Source: a virus
DNA length: 64,000 nt
Strand: one strand, 5' to 3'
IMG/VR virus record: IMGVR_UViG_3300018481_000001
Location: 1-64,000 of that record
A model generated the notes under the pieces. That model ran no database searches, was not told where the DNA came from, and saw nothing but the letters and a program-made list of their open reading frames with translations. The position numbers and the translations under genes were made by a program. Below are positions 35,931-48,671 of the stretch, piece after piece; the first letter of the stretch is position 1, and every line of letters starts with the position of its first letter.

Positions 35931-38402
35931 GAGAGCTCGAACTTGTGCGGCGCTCGCTAGTGTCTAAAAAATTTGAATACAATAATGACCCGGTCAAGCA
36001 CGGACGGGCCATGGGGATTATCGAAAATGCTCTATTGAAAACCGACTGCGCAATTGATATTACTTTGCATCGGCGCCGTAACCGCGATACTTAGTCACAT
36101 ATTCCATGACTAAATGAAACGGCCCGAGTAACCGTTCTTCTTCAGGAATAATTACTAACATCGTTTGGGCCAGATGATCGATACAAGGAATTGCCATCGT
36201 GGGTAACGTACCCATAGGTATCAGTGTTTTTACCTCGACCGTTTTTTCATACTTTTTTAAAAACACAGCCCCCAAAATATCGGGGCGATGCTGCTCTTCA
36301 AATAAGCCGGAGCGCCACATGCACGTACGTTCTTCACACGCCATGCATGTGCCGCAATCGCGGGACTGACCCATACCCCAATCTAGTGCGAATGCGAATA
36401 TTGCCCATTTCAGGCTATTTCAACTATTCCAAAGTAACGACCCCAACAAGTTATACGGCGTCGGATGGTCGATACTCACCAACACCTGGGATATCTCATC
36501 ACCCTGGTCGTTTTTGGTGTACGCAATGAGATATAGCGGGCCAGCGCCTTGGCGCTCTACACGAAAAGCATGATGTCGCGGCCATGTAAGCGCAGCAGCT
36601 CGTAAAATACCTCTAACCATCTCATCAGGAGGGTTTGACATGTGGCGATCTCCAAGCACGCGTTCGTTCCGATATCCGGCCGATAATAAATCCAGAGAGC
36701 CAACCGAAGAACACGCCTTGCCAATATTGCGGGATATAATCCCGCCATTCTTTAGGAACAAACCGTCCCGCTAAACCTAAACCTATCAGCGCGAGTATGG
36801 CTAAAATCATTTTCCATCGGAAGCTCATTGTAGCTCCTTCCATGAACAACTGATTTTAAACGGTAAAGGCTCTTCTCGGTTACGACGCGGGCCTTGCCGT
36901 AACACAACTTCAAATCTAAAAGTATCGATCCAATTTCCATGAATAGCGCCGTATTGCATAATTACCCACGTGCCATCCGCATACTTCCTTTTCCAAGTCT
37001 TCCCTGGACAAGTACCCGTTGGATTGCTGTGGGAATATTCGGGCAATCGCTCGAGTTCATCCAGCCATACCCGCATACGAAAAGGCATAGTTTACAACCT
37101 AACGCGGTTTCGTAAATAACCGCAGCGAAGACCTAATAAAATCTGCAAGAAGCCTGCAAAAAACAGGACGCCTCCTGCTGCCGCCAATGTCCTAAATAAA
37201 TGATGAGGAGAAGACAAGTACAACGCAACCGCGATGGATACCAACACGCGGTTTTGCGCCCGAGCCAAGGCACTGCCCCAGCTCATGGTGCGCACTAGTC
37301 TTTCCTCATTTGTCATTGTTTCATTTCTGCAGAAAACAATAAAAAACTTGCAATAACCAAAAGCACTGTCGACAACCACATGACAGCCGCTTGTTGCTTA
37401 GTGCGCTTTTTAAGCGCTGTGTTTTCTAAGTACAGCGCATTATATTGTTCCGACGCGCGCAGCCCGCATATCCCACATGCGGGGTCTTCATCGAAATCAT
37501 GATAACAATCTTGTTTATCCGTTTTCGGGTGTTGCATTGGCCGCTGCTTGCAAAAGTTCTTGTTGGCAAAGTTTTATAGCGGCCCTGGCACCCACCGCGC
37601 GAGGATCGTCCGCCGGGTACGTTGTGCGGTCTTTATCCCATTGCTTGGCCAATTCATAGACCCAGCCTGGAATTGGTTTTCTCATGTAAGTTCCTTACAT
37701 TTACCAATCACCTTGCCATAACCCTGGCGCTCCAGGGCAAATAGGAAATAGGCAGGGTCTCCAAAGACGCGTACGACATAATATCCGTCACGCTTAATAG
37801 GCTCGGGCATGCCTACCACTTGCGCCAACACCTTTGGCACCATCGATGCCAGCGTGTTTTCGAATGCTTCCGGATTTCCGATGTCAACCAGGAAATCATT
37901 AACTTCAATAATTACACTATCAGACATCGCACATCCATTCTGGCTTGTCTGTAAACGCCTCAATATTAATGCGCCGGTTTATCACTTGATGATTTTGAAC
38001 ATTGCCACAGTCGCTCACCGCAGCGGCGGCAGCTTCTTTGCTGAAGGCTCGTACGGTAAACCAAACCTCCGTGCGCAGGATTTCATCGGTGACGCAGACA
38101 TAAAATGTTTCTTTATCCCACACCGTCTGTCTCCTCTCGCGTCAAGAAAATGTATTTGTCACCGACGTCCAGGATGTACCCAACGTCGTTGCCCCAGCAC
38201 ACCTGCGCCGTGGGGTGCGACTCGGAGATGCTCATGCCGAGACGGCATTCACCTACGTCTCGTATCACAAGCTCACCCAAGATTTCCTGTATCTCGTAGA
38301 CACGATTGGCTTTTAGCAGGTTGTTAGACCGAAAAAAGGCCATCAGCCCCAGGTCGGGTTGATGGCCTTCTTTCGGACGCGTGATGAACCGCGCCAGTGC
38401 TT

Positions 38403-38954
38403 TCATAGAGTCCAGAGAGTTGTTAAGTCGAGCTCCAGTGCGAAAGGGTGCGCTTTCCCGAGCACGTCTTTCTCATCCCACGTACCCAGAAGTTCCCAGC
38501 GACTGCCGTCCGTTTTCGCCTCGAATATTTCGAGTGTGCGTTCCGCTGGGTCCGCAATCCAAAGCCACTCTACCCCGCGCTCGAGATAGATTTGTCGCTT
38601 GAGTCCCAGGTCATAACTTTTGGTACTAGGCGACAAAACCTCGCACACCCAGTCCGGCGCCGTTTGAAAGTATGCCGAATCCAAGTGTTCCGTGAAGTTG
38701 TGCGCGAGCCATCCTGAAAGGTCCGGCACGAGCGTCATGGGAATATGCAGCTCAACGTCGGGCAAAATAACCCAACCTCCTGCTCTTTCCATGGGCTCAA
38801 GACGCTGGCCTATTCGATGCTGTACCAGCTGGTGTATTCCTCGTGGGCGCGGTTGAAGATACAAATCTCCTTCGATTAATTCTGCTCGCATGTTCGGCGG
38901 CGCATCAATGACATCTTGATACGTTGCCAAATGCTTTGCTGGTTTTAATGTCAT
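38403..38954 (-). CDS. Uma2-family (DUF820) PD-(D/E)xK endonuclease
   Basis: ATYQDV..AP....AELI.G.L...PRP...H; VPDL.GW; APDWVCEVLSPST..YD...K...Y. Confidence 0.9.
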   Translation of the reverse strand: MTLKPAKHLATYQDVIDAPPNMRAELIEGDLYLQPRPRGIHQLVQHRIGQRLEPMERAGGWVILPDVELHIPMTLVPDLSGWLAHNFTEHLDSAYFQTAPDWVCEVLSPSTKSYDLGLKRQIYLERGVEWLWIADPAERTLEIFEAKTDGSRWELLGTWDEKDVLGKAHPFALELDLTTLWTL

Positions 38955-39361
38955 ATTAAACCTCTGTATATGCGACAGATACCGCTTTACCAGGGTATTT
39001 CTTCTGCGCTTTTTTCTCAGCAGAGTTGTGCCCTGCTGCTTTAATCGTACCCACTTCAATGCCATCTACGTAAACGATAAACGTCTTCATCGCTCAACCA
39101 ATGTAAGAATACATTGAAACTCTCGGTTGCGCTTTTCTTTGCCTTTTTTGGAGGGCGCAACCAACGGCCCATACCATTTGCCGCCCGCACGCTTCACGTC
39201 AGCGATTTGTCCTCCTGAAGGGATCGTACCGTCAAGCGTATAAAGCGTTACCTGCTTACCCTTTCGAACAAGCGTCATGTAAAGCCCTTTGGGATAGGGT
39301 CGTTTTAAACGCACCCAATACCAGCCATCCAGACTGGGTGCGTCTTGCCATTTCTTACGTT

Positions 39362-39784
39362 TCACGTATGAATGGCCCAACCATTTTCCGGCACGAGGCT
39401 CACCGAAAACGTTTCCACGCCGTAACCATCGGGAATGGTTCGACCGTCTGACAGCTCCCAGCCACCCTGCGGCCCGTGCAGAATCAGACCCCCATTGAGA
39501 ATCTGTGTGTTGTCCGCAATTCGCGTGATGACGAACTGGAAACTCGCGGGCGAAAAGTCTTTGTAGAGCGTGGTCTGGTATTCACCCTTGCACGCCACGC
39601 CCCACGTCGTGGGCATGACCCGCTGACCGGGCTCGTAGTATTTGATATTCGGCAAAAGACCGTCCGCGCGGTCATACATCACATGTAGCTTGTAAATTTG
39701 ACGCCAGAACGCTTCCCCCAAATTGTGCCGTTCAGCGTGATCGCAAACTTTCTGGAAATATTCAATATCAGAAATAACTAGCAT
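39362..39784 (-). CDS. DUF4120-like hypothetical protein
   Basis: LY.DF.P.SF.F...NGGLI.HG...FSVSL.P..GW.IHT. Confidence 0.55.
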   Translation of the reverse strand: MLVISDIEYFQKVCDHAERHNLGEAFWRQIYKLHVMYDRADGLLPNIKYYEPGQRVMPTTWGVACKGEYQTTLYKDFSPASFQFVITRIADNTQILNGGLILHGPQGGWELSDGRTIPDGYGVETFSVSLVPENGWAIHT

Positions 39785-41452
39785 TTTTACTCTCCAAATA
39801 CCTTGTACCGCTAATTTATGTATCTTTTCTTGTAATGTATAAGGTCGCCTCAGCGTTCTCAATGATTACACGCAACCGCTCACGCTGTGTCGCATCAGCG
39901 CTACGTATTTTACTCAGTATTTCCATCATTTTTATATCCAGCACATTTAGCAGTTCGTCCATCGAGTCCATCCGATTGTTTCTTTCTGGACATAAATCCA
40001 AACATGCCGCCGTTACTTTCCGGTTGGTCTTTTTCAAAACCACACTCGGCCAGGGGGTTTAGCCGTCGTTGACAATACGCCATGGCTTCGAAATTGCAAA
40101 CTGCAGTGCAATAATCACAAGACCATGGATAATATCCGGCGGGCATTTCATCACCGAGGTGATCTCTCGCCACAACAACACCGCTTTTCTTTGGGCTGCC
40201 ACCACATTGTCAATAGCGCCAATAAAATTGCTTCTTTACGAGAAACGATCGCCATGGGGGTGATGTGCTTATCAAAATCAAGTAATCCGAGAGTTGTCAA
40301 ATCTTCATTCTGTATACTATGCATTAAGCAACTGCGCCTGAACTACGATGATTTGGGCGAGCTTTTTTTGATGCTCCGCGAGATGTTCTTTGATAATCTC
40401 GAGGGAATCAGGTGAGCTTTTGTAGAGCTTCAAATCACTGTTGTTGAAACCTATTTTTTCCAAGACGCGATTTTTAAGCAAATCCAGCCCTTCATCAAGG
40501 AGCTCTATCTGCTCAGGCGTTATTTTTAAACTCTTTTCCAATTTGTTTTAACTCTTTCTGCAGATACCTGCTTGGAAACCAGTCACAATTGGTTCTATCC
40601 TTTACACTCGGTCCGAGCAACCAAGTGCATCGTTTAATGTGCCCGCAGTCGCTGCAGGTTTTCCCTGCGGGCAACTTCATATCAAATTCTTCCAAATTAA
40701 TCGTCCTTTTCTACCGTCTCGAGGCCCCAGAGCATAAATATCTGGCTCTCGGTACCGTCGTCATCGACCACCGTATCGACACCACCCAGTTGTATTGGCA
40801 AGCACCCGTCCGCAGAATCACTGACGACGTCAATATCGCCGTGCTTGTTAAAGGCTGCCTGGAGTTCTTTGATAACTTCAGAGATCTTCACTTTGCAGCT
40901 CCTTCAATTTTGCCAAAAACACAGACATCATGACCCGCGCCGCTTCGTGCGCGTCATAGTCATGCTCAAAAGGACCCTCTTCCGCCACCTTCGTACCGGG
41001 TGGGTAATTGAGCTGTGCGTAAAGCCCGTCTTCTTTTGCGATTACACCAGAAGTTGCAAGTACTGACATGCACTTAATCTAGGCCGGCTGCCGTACGCCT
41101 GCTGCCTCACCAATAATATCTATTTTTGTATTTAACGCGCCGTGCCCGGTTGCGCTCCGCTCGTGTGCCCTGTTCAAAACCGGTGCTGTAACCCTCACTG
41201 AACCCGGCATTCGACCCCGCAGACCGTGCCACTACAGCAGTTGCCAAAGCCACTGCAGCACCCCCAGCTAGCATTTGCCAGAAAGTGATTCTGGACCGCG
41301 CAGGAGAATCGTCATCGTCATCGGCATCCTGCTCAAGACTCACAAATGCTGCAGCAACAATCGCATCACATTGTTTTTTGTATTCGTCAGCGTCCTCATC
41401 CATTTCAATCTTAATTTTATTATGAAGAGCCAAAAACTTATCGAGTGCCATG

Positions 41453-41785
41453 CTACTCCCTCAATTTAACTAATTCTTCATCGAACTTCAACCCGAGCTC
41501 TCCCGAGAGACCCAGTGCAGTAAGTGCAGACGCAAACGTTTTTAACACCGTATCACTGAGATTTCTAAAACCAGTGAATGTCTCGCCGTTATGTCTGAGC
41601 TCGTCCCAATTGCCCATAGAATCTCGGTACAAAATCCTCCAGCCTTTAAGCCCACCATAGACATCTTTGAGATTCTCTACGACGGCCTCCGCGTCGTTGG
41701 TCACGCTTCTGGCGCCATGTAAATCAACAACCGCAATGATTCCGATTTCACGGAACTCTTGCGCGTAGTATTTACTCTGAGGCAT
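41453..41785 (-). CDS. Conserved hypothetical protein (SVTNDAE family)
   Basis: DL.G.RSVTNDAE.VV...RI.YRDSMG.WDE. Confidence 0.65.
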   Translation of the reverse strand: MPQSKYYAQEFREIGIIAVVDLHGARSVTNDAEAVVENLKDVYGGLKGWRILYRDSMGNWDELRHNGETFTGFRNLSDTVLKTFASALTALGLSGELGLKFDEELVKLRE

Positions 41786-42308
41786 CGACTTGCTCCATCA
41801 TGCCCGTTAACAAATCGAGCGTTTTATGCAGAATATCTAGTGTAGTTCTGCAATGCAGCTCATGACGGAAACGATACTCAATACGCGACCGCAGCTCTGT
41901 ACCGTTTTTCTTGGTCACAATGCAGTGATGTCCTTTGCGATTTTCGTATATAAAAATCTCAAGCATCTGCGGATTTTTCAGCTCGCTTTCACCTAGAATT
42001 TCTAACCCAATTTCTGCTCCTGCGGCTTTTATTTTATTAAATTTTTCAGTATATTGCTGTTGACGCTTCATCCAGAACGCCGACGGGGCACCTGTGACAG
42101 ACGCCAGGCGATCGGCGATGCTTTGGTCGATAACAATAAGTCCCTCAAAAAACTCATCCGACTGCACAAGGCCCCACCCCATGTGCATACGAAACTGCTC
42201 TACCGAAATATTATTTTCATCGAGACAGTCTCGTACTGACTCGTGCGGGGGAGATATCCAGTCGGGCTCGAACGGCCGGTCTTCATTGTCTGGTTCATCG
42301 TCCTGCAT
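41772..42308 (-). CDS. HigA-like HTH protein (orphan)
   Basis: F.PDW.SPP.E...D.L.E......F...MG......G...I....A..LA.V.G....FW...Q..Y. Confidence 0.75.
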   Translation of the reverse strand: MQDDEPDNEDRPFEPDWISPPHESVRDCLDENNISVEQFRMHMGWGLVQSDEFFEGLIVIDQSIADRLASVTGAPSAFWMKRQQQYTEKFNKIKAAGAEIGLEILGESELKNPQMLEIFIYENRKGHHCIVTKKNGTELRSRIEYRFRHELHCRTTLDILHKTLDLLTGMMEQVDASE

Positions 42309-45010
42309 TGAGTTTCCTTATGGTCGCACGCGTGGTCTCGAGCGCCGTAAAACATCGCCGCAAACACGAAGGACAAATGAGCTCCCCCGCCGACGCCTCC
42401 ATAACCAAGCTTCCGAAGGTCGCAGTTTGTTTCCAGCCCACGGGGAAATATGTCGGCTGTTCGACGATGACTATTTTTACTTCTTCCGCACCGCACCAAT
42501 CACAAACACAATTGGACTGGGCAGGCGTAACGCTATAGCCCATTTTATCCTCCGTACTTTGCGGCGTATTCCTTTGCCGCGTGTACCAACTCCGCACGCC
42601 ATTCTTCAATGTATACCTGCCGCTCAACAGGCGTCTGGTCCGCGATACCCAGCCGCTGTGCGATGTTTTCCGGCAGCGGCTTTTCAAGCAACGTATAAAG
42701 CATGGTAAGTGCTTCACGCCCCAACGGACTTGGTTCAAATACCCCCGTAGGCTCACCGCGCGCTTTGCGATCGAGCAGTGTAAAAAACTCAATAAGCACC
42801 AGACGCTCCATCGCATCAGGTGCCGTCATGAGATTAAAAGACTTAGGTGTCTTTTTTCGTGCCGCCTTCGCACCGGATTTAGCTTGTTTGGGTTTTGACA
42901 TAATTATTTCGCTGGGGAGTCCATAAACTGCAAAACATGCTTCGTAATAGCGTCAAACTCATTCGGCGTGTAATACCGAATACCGCTATCTGCGATAATC
43001 TTGATATACTGGGTACCGTCTTCCCAGCGCGCCAAATACGCTGTGGCTTTGGAACACGTGGGACACCACAAAAGTTTGGTGGCCAGTGAATTTTCAGGCT
43101 GTACCAAGTTGGCGAGCCCGCAACTACAAACCAATTGTTTTACGCGTTTCATGCGTTTGCCTCTTTGGCAATTGGTGTGCACCCTAAGATGCACCATCCG
43201 TAGTCATCTGACACGTCACTCATCGCATGTTCGATCGCAGCCAGGAAATTAACGGCGTTTACCGTTACCTCGAGTCGCGTGGGCAAAGTTTGATTGCCAT
43301 CGTACGTCTCATCGAGGTCCCATTCAATATTATTTAGTATTACTTTGTATTGTTGCATAGAACGACTTCAGGTCATCCACGCACTCGACGAGAGATCGCG
43401 GTGGGTTGTTCGTCATGATTTCTGTTTTATAAATTTCAACGCCCGATTTACTGGCCCACTCCATATGCTCTGCAATGCGGTACACCGGCTGGTTGGTTTC
43501 TTTATCTAGTCCGGTTTGAACGATTATTCTCTTCATTGATTAAATCCTGTAGACAGTGTTCACACACCGCTTGGTTTTTGTCGTCATTAATATAATGCGT
43601 TGCTAGCTTGCCACAAATACTGCCATCTACGCACAGCTGCCAACAGCGATGCCACGTATCCTCCAGCTTTGTACTTTTCATATTGGACGATAATTATCCG
43701 GAGGCGTGATTACCTCTTCTTTCAAAAGAGCTTGTAGACATTCCTCACACACCAACCAGTTTTCCATATTTTCAACCATGTACTTGGCTGCGTTTGTGCA
43801 GTGTTGTTCATCACCGGTGTCTCTATCTACATCCGTGATTTGTCCGCACTTGGGTTGAATAGACATATAGTATTTCTTCTCCCCTGGGCGACTCCTGCCA
43901 CGCGCAGACATTGTCGACCCTAAGCCATGAAATTTATCGAGGTCCCGGTTCAGCAGCGTAATGGCTGCAGAGAGCTCTTGTCGCGAATCTACTTCGTACC
44001 AATTCACGCCTCGAAAGTCGCCCGTGATTGTGACTGCGAATACTCCCCACGTACCTTCCGCCTGTGGACGAACAATGATTACAATTCCGTCATCAGAGGC
44101 ACGGTTCAGTTCCTTGGGCGTTAAAGTAACCTTGGAATATGTTCGTATGTATTTTCTTGTTTTAACCATTAATAACAGCCGTAACCGATGACATACACAG
44201 TTACGCCCGGCATAGTGTCTTCGCAATCTGCAACAGCTTGTACATCTTCATCCGTAATTTTTTGCGACACGGGCCCAAAATTTAACGTGCGCGGGTACCC
44301 GCAACCATTGCCGCCGTCGAGAATCATGATTTCCGCGTCGGGCGGTAGTTCTTGTAATTTTTTTATTAACTCGTTTATTGTCATACGTATTTACTCATAT
44401 TTATCCAGCTGCGCACGGAACGCTTCATGGAATTTAGCCATCATGATTTTATCAGCTTTAGTTGCCTGTTTCTCGCAGTAGCGCTGGTACACAAGCAGCC
44501 CCGTCAAAATGACCACAACCACCATGGTTACCGCCCAACCTAGTCTTATCCAAGGCACCACGAGGCCGTCCGCTATGCCGACTGCCACGTACGCCCAGAG
44601 CGCACGCTGACCCTTACGGCGCCAACGATGCATTTCTTCGCTGTGCGGCCCCACCACAGCGAAGACTTCCTGGTACGCCTCTTCGTAAGGCTTAGAAGGG
44701 ATCGCCATTGTCTTCCAGCTTCACCGGCTCGAGAGGCTGCACCACATACCCGAGCGCCTTTCGACGCAGATGGTAACGCTCAATGTTCTCCGGTCGCGTT
44801 CGAAACAAACTTATTTTTACGACGCATTCTTTAATCTGCTCGTCGCTAAAAATCATCCCTTCTTTATCATCAATTTGCCTCAACCCCAGTCGGCCCACTT
44901 CGCCCGTGATCTCATCCACGTCGATACCCAACGAAATGCCCAAGGGGTGAAGCACCGTTCGGTTAATTTCAAACAGCAGTCCTGAATCCAACAGGTCTTT
45001 ATTTGTGAAA

Positions 45011-45415
45011 TTAGCCATAGAGAATCGCTGCTCCATTGCAGATTACATGTAAGACGTTGTCCGCGTAAATATAGAGCCATATCGCCATAAAAGGCGGGCG
45101 GTCTTTGTGGTAGCCCGTGGCGTTACATTCCGCCCAAGGGTAATTACTTCCTGGGGGCCCAATAAAGTTCTTGGCCCACACTACATATCGCGCCAATCGA
45201 TGGCGGTCGATAATCCAGTGCGTAAAGAAGATGGCAAAAATCGCTAGTGGTTTTTGCGTCAACACCAGAAATGGCAGCGTATACGTCAACGCGTGCACGA
45301 TCACTGCGGCTAATCCGGTCCATGATTTTTCAGCTTTCTTATTTGCCATCCAATCGCTCTGAATCACGTAATCCCCGATTGCGTGCAGCAGCAATTGATC
45401 CGCCGTAATAAACAT
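45011..45415 (-). CDS. DUF3307-like membrane protein
   Basis: LL.H.IGDY..QSDWMA..K...H...Y...H..ID...ADN..H. Confidence 0.75.
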   Translation of the reverse strand: MFITADQLLLHAIGDYVIQSDWMANKKAEKSWTGLAAVIVHALTYTLPFLVLTQKPLAIFAIFFTHWIIDRHRLARYVVWAKNFIGPPGSNYPWAECNATGYHKDRPPFMAIWLYIYADNVLHVICNGAAILYG

Positions 45416-45756
45416 ATTTATTCCTTGCACATTTTGCTAGCACGCAGCATCCCCAGACGCGCCACAGTCATAATCTGTATCATCACACGTAACCGTGTTT
45501 TTTGCTCTAAATCGGGTATTACCAAGAGCTCTGTCTTGGCTACAGCAATTTCATGTTCAATCACTTCAGCAATATCAAGTAGATTTTGTTTTTCCATCTT
45601 CTCGTTTACGTCGCCAACGTGTGGTGTAAAAACAAATAACAAATACAATAGGTACGCTCGCTATGTTGAGCGCTCGTTCATCAAGGCCAAACCAAACCGA
45701 TGCGTAGTGCGTGCAAGTTGTTGCGATGAGTCCGGCCGTTAATCCAATTAATAAAC

Positions 45757-46185
45757 TCATGGACGATACTGACGTAACGTTACCAAAGAATTGTAATATT
45801 TAGAAGAACGAGCGCGGTCTGCCGGCGTTGGATTGGGGATTCGACGCAAATCCATGTTGTCTTGTAAGTCCGCCATTTTTACACGGCGCGCTAGCTTGTT
45901 TACCGAAACACGCCTGATAAACGTTTTATAGTCTTCATCTTTTTTGCGCGTAAGCATTCCTACTGCCACAACAACTTCGTCAGAAAATCCTTCTTGCTTT
46001 AAATTATCGAGAGTTACGTTGGAGTCTTCCACCACGTCATGCAGCACTGCTGCGATACGCTCCTCCAGCGTTTCCATCGCCAGCATGACGCGCAGAGGAT
46101 GCAAAATATACGGCGCACCGCCTTTATCAAGCTGGTGACGATGTGCATTCACCGCAATCTCAATGGCGCGGTCAAGGGTACTCAT
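45757..46185 (-). CDS. HD-domain hydrolase (stand-alone RelA/SpoT-type hydrolase-like)
   Basis: AI.IA..AH..Q.DKGG.PYI.HP..V...AVLHDVVED...VK.AD..DN. Confidence 0.88.
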   Translation of the reverse strand: MSTLDRAIEIAVNAHRHQLDKGGAPYILHPLRVMLAMETLEERIAAVLHDVVEDSNVTLDNLKQEGFSDEVVVAVGMLTRKKDEDYKTFIRRVSVNKLARRVKMADLQDNMDLRRIPNPTPADRARSSKYYNSLVTLRQYRP

Positions 46186-46842
46186 CAAATCCTGCGATAT
46201 GTTTATCTTCCCAAAGTTTACGCGCTTCGAGCATCCCTTGCGCATGCGTTAGCGGCTCGGGAGTATTCCATGGTCCGTACCGCTCTACAATTTCTTTACC
46301 GTCTTCAATCGTACTGTCGACCGTACAGTAGCGACCTGCGGGATCCATTTCTATTTCCCAAGAATAGATAACTCCTGAAGGGAGTCGTTTAAATAGTCGA
46401 GGCAACATAACTACCGATAGGTGTTGTAAAGAATCGTTGTTACTTCTTTGGCCAGCGGCTGCGGCACCTTCCCCGTAAGCACATACTCATTTTTACATTT
46501 CCGTATGTGCGTGGCTATTTGGTAATTTTCTTTAAGAAAATCCCTGACCGGCGTGAGCGCCTCAAAAGGCCCTGCGACACGCAGCTTCATGGGCGCATCA
46601 GGGTCTGTACCCTCTTCTGCCCTTAGGTGTTCTATGGACATTGCCCGTCCTCCTCTACCTCCTTGGCCATCTCTAGCTCAAGAAGTCGCTCTTCTTCCTC
46701 AGCTTCTGCGCGCTGTTCACACGTGTGCATGCACTTGGCGCAAAGCCACTGGTCAGGCCAGGCAATTTCAGGCGGGCAATCGTAGAGCGGCTCGAGACGC
46801 TTACATATTTCGCAATTGCCAACAGTTTGCATAAACCCCCCT

Positions 46843-47193
46843 CTAGTGCAGCATCGCCGAGGCAGGCATATCCGAAATATACGCGACAGGTACACGCATC
46901 CCACGCGGCACATGCACTGCGACCCAAGACTCTGTTTCGTCACTACTCAACAGAATTATTTCGGGCCCGAGCCCCGTGACGTCTGCCTTAACCTCAATGT
47001 GCACACACGAACTCTTTTCGTCGCGCATCGAGGGCATCGGCAAAAAGGACATCATTCCGTTTTGCACGTTCCAATGTTCTTTTTCAAATCGTGCCACGGT
47101 CGGCCACGTATGAAACGCTTTATAAAACTCCGTCGCGGCCATGGCTACTACAGCACTGGGTCGTTCAGGGCGTCGCATCGGCAATTTCCTCAT
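46843..47193 (-). CDS. Hypothetical protein
   Basis: Start reassigned to ATG 47193, downstream of the promoter motif. Confidence 0.5.
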   Translation of the reverse strand: MRKLPMRRPERPSAVVAMAATEFYKAFHTWPTVARFEKEHWNVQNGMMSFLPMPSMRDEKSSCVHIEVKADVTGLGPEIILLSSDETESWVAVHVPRGMRVPVAYISDMPASAMLH

Positions 47194-47218
47194 TTTCTGT
47201 AAAAGAGACACTAAATGC

Positions 47219-47231
47219 TTATACCTCAAAT
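47219..47231 (-). promoter_or_regulatory. GGTATA-class phage promoter core
   Basis: atttGAGGTATAA, identical 13-mer to 18611-18623. Confidence 0.6.
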
Positions 47232-48099
47232 GCCCGGAAGCCAACGGAGCAGGTACAAGACCAAAATCACAATCAAAATAATCCAGACGATGTTGGCGCC
47301 TTGGAAGTTTGGCGAATAACTGCGATATGCCGGCATGTTGTTAAAAACCAACATGAAAATAAAAATTACGAGCAATACGTACAACAGATTATGCATTTGA
47401 TTTCCTCCGAAACGTTTCGATGATAATTTGTAGCCAGGTTTTTTTCTTTAACACTTCAACTTCTTGTTTGAGCTCCTGCAGCTGCCAATCGAGCTGGTTG
47501 AGCCGTTCTACTACATCCGTACCCGTACTCGCGTACATCCCTGTCGCTGTAGCAGCCGGGAACAAATCGACAGGAGGTGGTGGACCCGATAAAGACCCAT
47601 CGAGCTTGGGCGCCATCACGGGCGAACGCTTGGGCAGCACGTCCGCTACGTACACGTTGTCCGGCGCTAGAGAGACCGCTGGACCGTAGTCCTGCGGCTC
47701 CTCAGGCTCCTCAGCCGGCTCGGAATCGAGCACAGGCATACTGGGCGACACCGAGATGCTCGGCGGCTCTTCTGACGGGCTTGGCGAAGGCACAGTGCCC
47801 TCCAATACCTCACGCGGTAGCCGGGGCGCTGGGGGAAGAGATTTTTCGTCTGGCATACGTGCCTCCACTGTAGTCAACGTGCACCCTGCGCCGTAAACCA
47901 CTGCTCGACTTTTCGCTGACGATTGCCTGTGGGTAAATGTCGAAAGGCTGTTAAATCCTCACGCAAATCAGCCGGCATATCTTCGTCGGCCATCCCTTCC
48001 ACACTCAGCTTCCAAACAATACGCTGCGGCGTTGCGTCACGTACACGCTTGTGGGCAAACGCAATCAGTGCATCAAAACGTTTGGCCATGACAGCACCT

Positions 48100-48132
48100 A
48101 AAAATAAAACAAGCCGCAGAGACCTACGGCTT
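48100..48132 (-). terminator. Rho-independent terminator
   Basis: aagccgtag-gtct-ctgcggctt hairpin followed by gttttattttt. Confidence 0.75.
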
Positions 48133-48137
48133 TCGCA

Positions 48138-48497
48138 TTACGCTTTGTTCTTGGGAACCGGGGCCATGATGGGATCGAAGAACTGCGGTTGTTCTCTTCG
48201 AAACTGCCCTACGATAGCTCCTGCCACCAAAAGCTTATTTTGATCTCGAGGGGGCAGTGCATTAAACTCATCCGTTGTAAGCTGTGCCCAACCGTTTTCT
48301 AAAAGTTGAAGCGCTGCTTTACAATACACGCACAAAGAAATGGCTTTTCCTGGTTCAAGCCGGGTTCCATCTTTTAATGCCGTCCAGCCTCTAATACTCA
48401 TATTGCAATTGGGGCATTTATAATGATCCCCATGCAAGACGCCCTGGTCAACCATCGTCAGTTCCAGGGGGCCACGCATAAAGCTTGCCTTGGTCAT
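48138..48497 (-). CDS. Zn-ribbon protein (CPxC...CxxC family)
   Basis: CPNC...PG..ISLCVYC. Confidence 0.6.
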   Translation of the reverse strand: MTKASFMRGPLELTMVDQGVLHGDHYKCPNCNMSIRGWTALKDGTRLEPGKAISLCVYCKAALQLLENGWAQLTTDEFNALPPRDQNKLLVAGAIVGQFRREQPQFFDPIMAPVPKNKA

Positions 48498-48671
48498 CCG
48501 CCTGCATGCCTGTGTAAATCACAAGCTGCCCGTCATCACTCTTTCCAATATGCGCTCTTGGCAGTACTCCCCGCATATCTTTGGTTAGCTGCCGTAGCGT
48601 AAGGTGCGTTCGCCCGGAAACAATTTTTTCTAGATCGCTGTGAATTCTCATCCCGCGCTCCAGATTAGTTT

